A stretch of DNA of 63,144 nt, filler included, from Octopus bimaculoides (Eukaryota), in NCBI RefSeq assembly GCF_001194135.2. It is 6 parts of 6 records of this genome, joined end to end, with 100 filler letters (N's around TTAATTAATTAA, not from the genome) between each part and the next. Parts side by side here need not be neighbours in the genome. Positions count along the whole stretch, not along the records: positions 12,017 to 40,458 come from NC_069004.1; 5 more parts are not named here. One strand, 5' to 3'. This document shows positions 11,917-22,829 of this stretch, piece after piece. The notes beneath the pieces were generated by a model. It ran no database searches. It was given only the letters and a program-made list of their open reading frames with translations, and was not told where the DNA came from. Each line of letters starts with the position of its first letter. Within the stretch, counting starts at the first letter, position 1. The position numbers and the translations under genes are program-made.

Positions 11917-12015
11917 NNNNNNNNNNNNNNNNNNNNNNNNNNNNNNNNNNNNNNNNNNNNTTAATTAATTAANNNNNNNNNNNNNNNNNNNNNNNNNNNN
12001 NNNNNNNNNNNNNNN

Positions 12016-12305
12016 NGTTCCCGATCACCGTTTGTTATCTCCCCCTTTCTTAGCTCTCCTGAAATAAGAATTTCTAACTTCCAGTCAGCCATTGTTATGA
12101 TCGGCCATTATTATGATTGACCGTTGACTGAACACTATTCAATTTTTTTTCTCCGTGTTTTTCTCCTTGTCTCCGTATTCTTTCTGTTGAAGAGCGTAGC
12201 TCGAAACGTCAAAGACTTTCCGTATTCCCGAGCGTCATACTAATATATACTTTTGTTATTTACACCACCTGTCCTCGTCTGTTGTTATTTTTTGTATATT
12301 CTCCC
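12016..12305 (+). mobile_element. Penelope-like element terminal (pLTR) fragment
   Basis: Pyrimidine-rich segment leading into a hammerhead-like motif; related copy at ~20200-20300. Confidence 0.5.
12179..12215 (+). ncRNA. Minimal hammerhead-ribozyme-like motif, A6U variant
   Basis: tcttt-ctgttga-a-gagc-gta-gctc-gaa-acgt-c-aaaga: perfect 5-bp stem I, 4-bp stem II, palindromic ACGU stem III, GUC triplet. Confidence 0.6.
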
Positions 12306-12735
12306 AGCTATTACAAGGGAGATAATCATTTCATCCTAATATGAAGCAGAATTATAAATTTGAAATTGAATTTAGGGAATTATTCACAAAACGGAGCGTG
12401 GGATTCATTTTTTTATTTACTTATTATGAAGTTCTTAAAGTTTCTCATCACTTTAGAAATTATCAGTATGACATAACCTGTGACTTATTAATTAAACATT
12501 TTATGGAGTGAGACATTTCATTAAAGAGGGAAATAATTACAGTCTAGAGAAAATTCAAGGATTCTGCTTTTTTTGCTTTTTCTCTCTTCATAGATGTCTT
12601 TAGCAATTGAGAGAAAAAAAGAGTGAACACACCAATACCAGTTGTCAAGTGGTGGTGGGAGACACACACACATAAGAAAAGACACACACACATATGAAAC
12701 GCACACACACAAACATATATATATATATAAATATA

Positions 12736-13572
12736 TCATCATCATCATCATCATCGTTTAACGTCCGCTTTCCATGCTAGCATGGGTTGGACGATTTGAC
12801 TGAGGACTGGTGAAACCGGATGGCAACACCAGGCTCCAGTCTAATTTGGCAGAGTTTCTACAGCTGGATGCCCTTCCTAACGCCAACCACTCAGAGAGTG
12901 TAGTGGGTGCTTTTACGTGTCACCCGCACGAAAACGGCCACGCTCGAAATGGTGTCTTTTATGTGCCACCCGCACAAGCCAGTCCAGGGGCACTGGCAAC
13001 GATCTCGCTCGAAAATCCTANNNNNNNNNNNNNNNNNNNNNNNNNNNNNNNNNNNNNNNNNNNNNNNNNNNNNNNNNNNNNNNNNNNNNNNNNNNNNNNN
13101 NNNNNNNNNNNNNNNNNNNNNNNNNNNNNNNNNNNNNNNNNNNNNNNNNNNNNNNNNNNNNNNNNNNNNNNNNNNNNNNNNNNNNNNNNNNNNNNNNNNN
13201 NNNNNNNNNNNNNNNNNNNNNNNNNNNNNNNNNNNNNNNNNNNNNNNNNNNNNNNNNNNNNNNNNNNNNNNNNNNNNNNNNNNNNNNNNNNNNNNNCCTA
13301 CCTCTTCCACGGGTTCCCTCAACTGTTAGGGTGTGGCACTTTTTCACGCAGCTATCCTCATCCATTCTCACCACATGTCCATACCAGCGCAATCGTCTCT
13401 CTTGCACGCCACAACTGATGCTTCTAATGTTCAGCTTTTCTCTCAAGATACTTACACTCTGATGGGTATTCACATTGACATTACACATCCAACGGAGCAT
13501 ACTGGCTTCATTCCTTGCGAGCTTACGTATGTCCTCAGCAGTTACAGCCCATGTTTCACTGCCATGTAGCAT
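12736..13572 (-). mobile_element. RTE-clade LINE 3' end (RT C-terminus, long 3'UTR, (GAT)n tail)
   Basis: MLHGSETWAVTAEDIRKLARNEASMLRWMC...RRLRWYGHVVRM...GRGR; (CAT)n on the + strand at 12736-12755. Confidence 0.9.
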
Positions 13573-14149
13573 GGCTGTTCGTACGCATGCGTCATACAGT
13601 CTGCCTTTTACTCTGAGTGAGAGTCATTTGACAACCATTGTTGGTTTGTTTATGTCTGTAACTTAGTGGTTTGGCAAAAGGTACTGATAGAATATTGAAA
13701 ATAAAAGTACTGGAGTTGATTTGTTCAACTAAAACTCTTCCCAGCATGATTGCAGTCCAATGACTGAAACAAGTAAAAGATTAAAAATCCAAGAAACCCA
13801 GTGATGGTCCATGCCGAAGAAAAAAAAAACCCACTCTATGCTTTGATGCACTAAAAACCATTTTTCACAAATATGTGCTGCTAAAATTGGGATATATCTA
13901 ATATGGATGTGCAGCTTTTATGCCATCAAATACAGCAATAATAGTTGTAAAATGAGATAAATTTGTGTAAATCATAAGAATTTTGACATTTTAGGCAGAA
14001 AATTGTTTTTTGGAAAAAGAGCCTTGTCCATGACTCATTTCCCTTCATAGTACACAAAATCATGGCATTTTGCAATTATTCTAAACATGGATAAAAATCA
14101 ATGACTGACTATCATTTCCTATGTGAAATGATATAAAAGCAAGTCTTTG

Positions 14150-14582
14150 TGTTAAATAAAATATTTTATTATTAAATTCATTTTTTGAAAAACTTTTTTT
14201 GCAAGCATATAAAACAGTATAGTGAAGTGTGGAAAAATTAAAAGCTTTCTCATTCTTTATAAAATGTTTTGTTTTGTTTGTTTTCTTTGTAATAAATGGT
14301 TAAATAAAAACCATTTCCATGAAAATGCAATTATCAATTCAGAAAGAAAGAAAACTAAAATGATTAATTATATAACAAGATGACCGTGTAAAATAACAAT
14401 TTTAAATTGCAGATATAAATGAATGACAGTTACATGAAAATGAAAGAGAATTATTGAATAAATTGAAAGATAAATGAGAAATTTGTGTGAAATTCTTCAG
14501 TTGTTAACACTGAGATCCTTCAGAACAGCTGTTGTTTGTGGGAAACATAACTTTCAGATGTGGAGAGTCAGAAACTTGGAGT
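14150..14582 (-). other. Putative terminal (3'UTR) exon on the minus strand, possibly of MANBAL
   Basis: Long polypyrimidine tract plus TAG acceptor (AG at 14584-14583); unique AT-rich sequence with minus-strand AATAAA near 14165-14170; lower boundary approximate. Confidence 0.35.
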
Positions 14583-15059
14583 CTAAATATGTATAAAAAA
14601 AGAAAAACAGAAAGAAAAAGACAAATATTAAAAAAGTACAATCAATAGATTCTAAGAAGATAAATAAATAAATTAACAAACAAATTTATAATTATCAAGA
14701 AAATGTGAAAGGTGTCTTTTTTAATCACAAATTGCCAGCAATCCCATTTACCAAACTAACATCAATTCTTTTGTTCCTTTACTAAAAGGAACTCTAATAA
14801 CTATAAAATCCTTCCTCCCGCCAATTCTCAACTATGATGAGTCTCTAAGGAGTATTCCCACAGAGAAAGCCCTAATGTTTGCTCCTCACTTCGCACCCAA
14901 CTCTATACTGCACACATACTGGTAAATCACCACCAAAACTAACCATTTCCACTCCACATATGCACTTAAATGCCAAGTGTATAGTTGCTTAAATGCCAAC
15001 AAGGCCCCTGGTCCTGATTATCTATCTCCCTTCCATTACTCTCAAATAATAGAAGGCAC

Positions 15060-15305
15060 ACAAAAGGCACCCGTGCTGGTGACACATAAATGGCACCCCT
15101 GCTGACGACATGTAAATGGCATCAGTGCTGGTGACATGTGAAAGGCACTGGTGCTGGTCATACATAAAAGACACCCATTATACTCTTGGAGCGGCTGGCA
15201 TTAAGAAGGGCATCCAGCTGTAGAAACCAAGCCAAAACAGACTGGAGTTTAGAGCAGCTTGTCAGCCTACCAGCTCCAATCAAGAAGCCATCTAACCCAT
15301 GCCAG
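15060..15305 (+). mobile_element. RTE 3'UTR fragment
   Basis: Shares ggcattaagaagggcatccagctgtagaaac with the RTE copies at 12736-13572 and 34470-35345. Confidence 0.7.
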
Positions 15306-16229
15306 CGAATTCACATGATCCGATGAAGTAATCTCCCCTTAGATTAATGTCTACTTTGTTCGTGAAATTGATGAAATATGGACTCAACAAAACTCCTTGA
15401 AGTCATTGGACCCTGGCATGGTCAAGGTCCAATGACTAAAACTAGTAAAATAAGAGGTGTCACGACAAATGACAGTGAAGGAGTTAAAATTATCATAAGC
15501 AAATGACAGCTGAGGAAGACTTATATGTAAAGGTTCAGTAGGGAAAATTATCTCCCCTTACATAAAATTTCTTGCTATAATAAATGAACGTGTCTGATAT
15601 GTTCTAATCAGTATCTGATATATTCTAATTACCCAGCAGTCTAGAGGTTGTAGCTGCTGTGCAGTCAGTGTGACTGCATCTCAAACTGATTCTTCGTCAA
15701 CCTGCGTTCTTAAAATTTGGTAAAGGAGTAAAGGAGTGGAACACGCAATTTCCTGTAATTCAGGCAACTACATGCAGCAGACAAAATGCGCTGGAGAATG
15801 GCAAGTGCACTGGAACAGCCACTCTGACTCATGGGGCTTGCACTTGCAGATAGTCATCTCCACCCCAACAGCAGTATACAGGGATATGGTCCAGGGGGGT
15901 TAACAACACTGGAAGTCTGCACTGCCTAGGCTTGACTATAAACCTGTCAGAGAGCAACCAATAGTTTAACAGTTTGCCTTCTTGGCCTGATGAGCAGTGG
16001 AGCATGGACTGGTTGCTGAACACAGATTGTTGTATGTCAGATGATCTTCAGAAGTTGACATCTCACTGAGGAGATGTCAAGGGATCGAGACTTCTGGTGT
16101 TTTGTTGTGAAGGCCGATCTCAAAACGCTGAGCCTCATGAGGGAGATGACAGGGGACTGAGATATGTAGTGCATTGCTGTACTTGAGAAGACCCGCCCAC
16201 CACAACAGAATTAAAATCCTAAAACCAAG

Positions 16230-16450
16230 GTGTCATGTAAAAAGCACCTGTGATGGTGCCATGTTAAAAGCACCCAGTACACACTGTGGAGTGGTTGGCA
16301 TTTGGAAGGGCATCTGGCAGTAGAAACCAAACCAAAACAGACTATGGAACCTGTTAAGGCCCTTGGCCTTACCTAGCCTTGCCAGTTCCTGTCGAACCAT
16401 CCAACTCGTGCCAAAGGGGAAAGTGGACATTAAACGACGATGGGGGTGGG
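16230..16450 (+). mobile_element. RTE 3'UTR fragment
   Basis: gttggcatttggaagggcatc...ggacattaaacgacgatg 3' terminus of the same RTE family. Confidence 0.7.
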
Positions 16451-17152
16451 ATGAGGATATATTGAATTCCTTTGCTGCAACTTTGAGTTTCACCCAACCT
16501 TCATTGTCAGGCAAGACCACCTTTCTCCTCTGCTGATCAGTGGCATGAAGCTCAAATTCCATCAGAGCCAGCAGCTTTTCCCTCCTTCGGTCTATTCCTA
16601 GCACTCTGAAATTCTTCCAAATCAGAGTCCGGTTTATATGTGAGATTGTTGAAAACAGGTTGAATCTCTTCATCTTCAATGATTACAAGGGGAGTGGCAT
16701 CAACACTTCAGTTGACACCACTTTTGGACATGTTCCTCCCTGCTGTTTCCATGGATGATGGAACTGGAAGCATCCAAACTAGTCTTGTAGAACAGACTTC
16801 GTGGTGATGTAAGAAGAGGAAAACGTTGTCACTCTTACATCAACAGCTTGATTGCAGGCTCTGGCCTGGAATGTATTCGGGACCTTGAAGTATTTTGATG
16901 TTGGACCCAACAAGTGTGGCAGGTCAACTTTGTTGGTGCACCCCAGGCTGGAGCCCGGCTATAATAATAGTAACGATACTCTATAGTATATACTGAGCTT
17001 TCCCTTCATCATTTATTTGATTAAAATGAAGGTTTGAATACACACACACACCCATACAAACCTAATGTCAGAAATATAACGAATTTGTGTTGATTTTTGT
17101 TAAAAAAAAAACAAAGTATAGCTAAAACATATAGCTGATAATATATACATAC

Positions 17153-17197
<45 letters not shown>

Positions 17198-17231
17198 CAC
17201 ACATACATGTGTATATGTGTGTCACCATTGT

Positions 17232-17342
17232 TCATCGATTTTTTTTGTTTCTTTTCCGTACACCCTTGCCACTTGAAAGTTCATGTGAAGCAACCTTGGA
17301 AGTTGCCAAACCTTCTGTTCCAATCGAATTTTTCTCAAAATT
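17232..17342 (-). CDS. MANBAL: MANBAL (UPF0239) coding exon 2: NFEKNSIGTEGLATSKVASHELSSGKGVRKRNKKNR*
   Basis: Acceptor tttttttctttcAG (17344-17343); phase 0 matches exon 1; 36 codons plus TGA; basic K/R-rich tail like the KKETKKKR end of human MANBAL. Confidence 0.75.
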   Translation of the reverse strand, partial: NFEKNSIGTEGLATSKVASHELSSGKGVRKRNKKNR

Positions 17343-17774
17343 CTGAAAGAAAAAAATAACAACTAGAAAGTGTCTTAACAACAACAAAGAGGAAACAAAA
17401 ATAATTAAAAAGAAAGGAGAGTTTCCAGAGTCACATTTTCATTAATTTGAGCAAAAATACTGGATTTCTTTTAACTCCTCAGAATACATTAACCTGATCT
17501 ACACTTCTAAAAAGAAGAGATGAGAAAGTACCCATGACCTCTGTAGGCCTCCAAATGTGGTGTCATCAATGTGGTTGATCAATGTTAGCACAGAAAAAAA
17601 AAACAAACATCACAGACAAAGTTAAAGGGACAGAAAGATTGGATGAATTGTCAAGGGTGGAATTTTGAGAGGTGAAGAGAATTTTAAGAGTGAAGAGAAG
17701 AGAGATGGGTGGGGTTGGTGCCAAGTGGACTTGTTGGAGAGTATATATTAGTAACAGAGTCAGTATAAATACTG

Positions 17775-18475
17775 AGAGGTAATATTTATCCCCTCTTAAA
17801 CGTGGATGTTCTGTTAGAACAAACTATACTGCGGTAGATACCACGAGAGAACCTCTCATATAGGCTTTTCACTCTCATATAGGCATATCACTAGCAGGGA
17901 CATAAATCTCTGCCGTCTCCAGTGCCTAGACCACCAGATCATGTGATTCTGACCTTCCTTGGTCTTGCTAATGATGGACACTCAACCACTAGAGATAATA
18001 GTGACTCATCTCCTCACCAATAATATATAGAAAAACAGTACCAGAACAGGCACTGGTTTTGTGATTAGCCAGTGAGCTTCTTAATAAATGTATACATTAG
18101 TGACAGTGGCAGTATTAATACCAAGAGGGAATATTTTATGCCACGTAAACATAGATGTTCTGTTAGAATAAAGTGTACTGAGGTAGCAGTGCCTGTTTTG
18201 GCACTGTTTTTCTATATATCACTGGTGGGGAGATAAATCACTGCCATCTCAAACGGTTGAGCATCCAACATTGACAAAACCGAAGGAAGGTCAAAATCAC
18301 ATGATCTGATGGTCTCAGTGTTGGAGATGGCAGGGATTTATCTCCCCACTAGTGATATAAACAAGAATGCCTTTTGCACCAAAAGCCAATATGAAAGTTT
18401 CTCTCATTGTATCTACCATGGTGTAGTTTATTCTAACAGAACATCCATGTTTAAGTGGAGGTAAATATTACCTCT
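17775..18475. mobile_element. ~700-bp fold-back MITE
   Basis: Imperfect inverted arms 17775-18055 and 18187-18475 (agaggtaatattta...aacaggcactg versus cagtgcctgtt...taaatattacctct). Confidence 0.8.
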
Positions 18476-19087
18476 TTTGGAGAGTATATGTAGATAACTA
18501 GTCTAGAGGAGCAGAGGATGTTGTGGCAAAACCAGAGAGAGGGAGTAGTAGGATCATTACAGCACCAAACAAAATGTCTTGTGGTATTTCTTCCAACTCA
18601 TTACATTCTGAGTGCAAATTCTGCTGGAATCAACTTTGCTTTTCATGCTTCCGGGGTCAATAAAATGTAGTACTAGTTAAGGACTGGAGCAGATGGCACT
18701 GACTAACTCCACACCCCTCAACATTGCTGGCCTTGTGCTTAAATAACAAACTATCATGGGATATAGTATCTTTATTGAAATCAAGCTGGTCTAAATCTTA
18801 GGTCGTGTTGTGATCCCATTTAGAGAGCAAGGGGAGAGTTGACATGCTAAATATAGCAGTCAAATATTCCTCTATAAATTCTTTCTTCTTTAAATGAGAT
18901 CACTACATGTCCTAAGACTTAAAACAGCTTCACTTCAATTAAGTTTCTACATCTTTATTAGTTGTACACACAATGTTCAGTTTTGTTTTAAAAGTGACGA
19001 GAAGAGGAGAACCAGAAAGGGTTGTCAATTCAGGGATCAATGGGAGAGGTACGTAGCAAACTAGCTTCAATCTGAGGATGTGGTAAC

Positions 19088-19300
19088 AGCGAGAGAGAGA
19101 GACAGACAGAGAGAGAACAGAGAGACAGAGAGAGAGAGAGAACAGAGAGACAGAGAGAGAGAACAGAGAGACAGAGAGAGAGAACAGAGAGAGAGAGAGA
19201 CAGAGAGAACAGAGAGAGAGGGAGAGGACAGAGAGAGAGAGAGAGAGAGAACAGAGAGACACAGAGAGAGAACAGAGAGACAGAGAGAGAGAACAGAGAT
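19088..19300. repeat. Compound (GA)n minisatellite with GAGAACAGAGAGACA-type units
   Basis: Directly visible low-complexity tandem array. Confidence 0.9.
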
Positions 19301-19361
19301 GTTGTAGTATGTTCGTAGGTGAGCCATCACCAATCAATCAGAGTGGCCTTTTGGATAGTGA

Positions 19362-19645
19362 AGGTGCATAGCCTAGTGGTTAGGGTGTTGCACTCACTAT
19401 CATAAGATTGTGGTTTCAAATCCTGTACAGGGCAGTGAATTGTGTTCTTGAGCAAAACACTTAACTTCATGTTGCTGCAGTCCATTCAACCGTAAATGAC
19501 TTCCAGCAATATCTGGGAAGTTAACCCTGTGATGGATTGGCATCCCACTCGGGGTAGAGAGTTGTAACCTCTGTCACTTTTATGCCATGGAAACCGAGTT
19601 AAGTTCTGGCCTTAGGAGTCCTGGGCCTTGTGACAAACCTTAGAC
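19362..19645 (+). mobile_element. Old tRNA-derived SINE with CORE-like and V-domain-like segments
   Basis: tRNA head gcctagtggttagg...ggtttcaaatcct, then ttcttgagcaaaacactt and aaccctgtgatggattggcatccc. Confidence 0.55.
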
Positions 19646-20312
19646 CTAAGTGGGTGTATGTGTGTAAAACAACAGTATTATTTCAGTAACTGCAATGTAA
19701 CTCCCCAGGGTATATAACAACAGTAATACTCCACATCAAGGAATATTATTTCATTGGTCTCCTGTGTGTACAACACATTAGGAACATGAATGAAATGACT
19801 GGGGGCAGATGTTGGTGATTTGGTACAGCATGATGCCTGAGGAGGAGAGCTGCATAAAAAAAGAGCCAATTTCTAACTGTGGAGTGAATCTATAGAGAAG
19901 GTAGACCCAGAAAGACGTGGGATGAGGTGGTGAAATATAATCTGTGGTAGCCGAGTCTTCCATGGATCAATCTAATCGACTGGCCCCCTCCCACACCACT
20001 ACTTGACAACTGGTGTAAGTGTGTTTACGTCCCAGTAACTTAGCGGTTCGGCAATAAGATTTCAATAGAATAACTACCAGGCTTAAGACAAAAGTAGGTC
20101 GATTCTTCGACTAAAATTCAAGGCGGTGCCCCAGCATGGCCGTAGTCTGATGACAGAAACAAGTAAAAAAAAAAAGTTCAAATTTTTCCTCCCTCCGTAT
20201 GTTTTCGTTCCTTATTCCTTTCCGTCGAAGAGCGTCGACTCAAAACGTCAAAGACTCTTCCATTTTTCATGAGCGTCTGTCTAATACACCTTGTTTCGTA
20301 TTCCTTCTTTGT

Positions 20313-20720
20313 GGAGGCGCAATGGCCCAGTGGTTAGGGCAGCGGACTCGCGGTTTCGATTCCCAGACCAGGCGTTGTGAGTGTTTATTGAGCGAAAATA
20401 CCTAAAGCTCCACGAGGCTCCGGCAGGGGATGGTGNNNNNNNNNNNNNNNNNNNNNNNNNNNNNNNNNNNNNNNNNNNNNNNNNNNNNNNNNNNNACTCT
20501 TTCACCACGACTTTCTCTCACTCTTACTTCCTGCTTCTGTTGTGCCTGTAATTCAAAGGGTCAGCTTTGTCACACTGTGTCACGCTGAATATCCCCGAGA
20601 ACTACGTTAAGGGTACACGTGTCTGTAGAGTGCTCAGCCACTTGCACGTTAATTCCACGAGCAGGCTGTTCCGTTGATCGGATCAACTGGAACCCTCGAC
20701 GAGTGCCAACAACAACGTAT
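20313..20720 (+). mobile_element. tRNA-derived SINE (ggaggcgcaatggcccagtggttaggg family)
   Basis: A/B-box head and a body shared with 25930-26285 (+) and 56500-56805 (-). Confidence 0.8.
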
Positions 20721-21269
20721 TCCTTCACTTGTCTCAGTTTTTCGTTTTTTGCAGTTTTGAACCACTTGGAATATACCCACGACCACGAAAAGGAGTTGTT
20801 GTTGCTTTTTTTTTTTTTTTTTTTTTTTGGCAAAGAGGTAGTTTTTCGCAACAAATTCCGATATAATCGGAATCTACGCCATTTAAAACGTACTTATAGA
20901 AATATTCATTAAAATGTATATTTTTAAAAAAAAGTTATGAATAAACAAAATCGGGTGTGGGGCACTTCTATAGTTGTAGTCCTAGATAAACCCCTTAAAA
21001 AGAGAGAATAGTCATTCATATTCTGGAATCCCCTTAAACATAGGTCTCCTCGAACAAGGCTGGCTTCAGGTTAAATAACACCTACACAGATCATTGTAAA
21101 TTCCTATTGAACAGACCACGAGTAAATACATATTTTACGATTGACAATGTTTTTACGTAAGAAAAAAATAATCAACAACTGTTGCCTTAAAAATTAAAAA
21201 ATGCATACATCTTCAGGTTCACAAAGAACAAATATACCAAAAAAGTAAATAAAAAAAAAAGTATTGCAT

Positions 21270-21367
21270 CGCCCGCAGAGGGACTTGAACCCGCGACCCT
21301 CAGATCACTTCAATGCAATTAAGATATCCGTAAAAGTCTGATGCTCTACCGACTGAGCTATGCGGGC
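21270..21367 (-). tRNA. tRNA-Lys(UUU) with a 25-nt intron at the canonical 37/38 position
   Basis: GCCCGCATAGCTCAGTCGGTAGAGCATCAGACTTTTA-[CGGATATCTTAATTGCATTGAAGTG, 21330-21306]-ATCTGAGGGTCGCGGGTTCAAGTCCCTCTGCGGGCG; perfect 7-bp acceptor stem; one C:U mismatch in the T stem; T-run Pol III terminator ~10 nt downstream (21260-21251). Confidence 0.9.
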
Positions 21368-22209
21368 GGCTCTGACAGCAGCCTCCTAAATAAGGTATAC
21401 TAATAATAGATTTCACAAACTTGAATGTTTTTTCCGGAAAGATGTATTTACATTTTTTTTAATATAATAATAATATTGATAAAAATCGAAATATGTTTGA
21501 TGTGTGATTTTCAAAACAATGGAATTTAATTACCAAAATCTCTAATTTTCTTACATTTAAAAGATCGTTCGACCACGTGCTGATCGCGGAAAGCTTTAAA
21601 GACAGTACTAGTTTTTTTTTGTTTTTTTTTTCCTTCCCCATTCTTGTTTACACACACACACAATCCGCATCTACGTGGTCGATCGATCGAATAGATATAG
21701 TAGCCAAATATCCCCACAAATCACACCCCCAAAAGACAAAAAAAAAAGGAACACACTAAATAACGTAATCCTAGAGACGTTAGAACAAATAAAGAGGGAG
21801 AAGCCACGGCTGGAATGCCTACGATCACAAGCTTGCTTCTCCAGTAATTCCTCTTGCATAAAACAACAGCAACGACATGATCGAAACGCCATTCCATTAC
21901 GCATTACGTTTTGTCTAATTCCTAATTTATCATTAAAAAAAAACATGTTTATATAACGAAGTCCACCATATATTTTTTCACGTACGTACTTTATTGGATA
22001 AACTACATTTATACATAAACATGAACCGGGCGACAGATTTCCCATAAACAAACGAGAGAACTCGTAGAGATTAGATGGTCGGTCGACGTATTCGAAATAG
22101 CAGCCAAATCTACCTCAATTCATCATGTTAGAGAAAAGAATGAAACACTGGGTAATATATAGTCCTTGATTTATAAAAAATAAAATGAATAGTCATAGTT
22201 AATTACAAG

Positions 22210-22710
22210 GGAAAGACATCCTTTTGTACCCCTCCCCCATAAGATTTTTTTTTTAATATTGATTTCCTACCATATTTTAAACTAATAATGATGAGAAAGC
22301 CATAAAAATTAAGAATTTCTATTAAAAAAATTCACTTCGTATATTCGGTGACCAGTAATAAAGTCACAGGAAAAAAAAGTCACAATTAATTTATGGGATC
22401 CGAACAAAATCCTCCTCGGACAACCCCCCACCCCACCGTGAATTTTTTTTTTTTTTTTACTTGGATTCGTATATTCAGGTACCAATTTGCCTAACGTTAA
22501 GGCCTAAATTGCTTAACTCTATAACATTTGCCTACCCATGGGACATGAATATACTTAATAGAGAAATGAAGTTTTTCTTAATAGAAATTCTTAATTTTTA
22601 TGACTTCCTCATCATTATTATTATAAGACATGGTAGGAAGTCAATTTTCCACCATGTCTAATATGTTTTTTTTTTAAATTTTATGGTGGAGTACAAAAGG
22701 AAGTCTTTCC
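22210..22710. mobile_element. MITE with long inverted arms
   Basis: ggaaagacatccttttgtac / gtacaaaaggaagtctttcc termini and inverted ataatgatgag..attaagaatttctattaa blocks; partial second copy at ~39914-40125. Confidence 0.7.
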
Positions 22711-22829
22711 GAGCCACATTCGATGAAGTTCAGATGTTTGAGAGCGGCAAAACATGAACAAAATTTATACACATGGTTTTGTTACATACACATTTTGTCA
22801 CAAAAATTCTATATAAATATTAAGAAATG

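Noticed and set aside
11961-11972. TTAATTAATTAA centred in 100-bp N gaps (also near 40503, 46557, 52777, 61528)
   Set aside because: Identical 44N-12-44N layout each time, and the 12-mer gives stops in all six frames: an assembly spacer, not biology.
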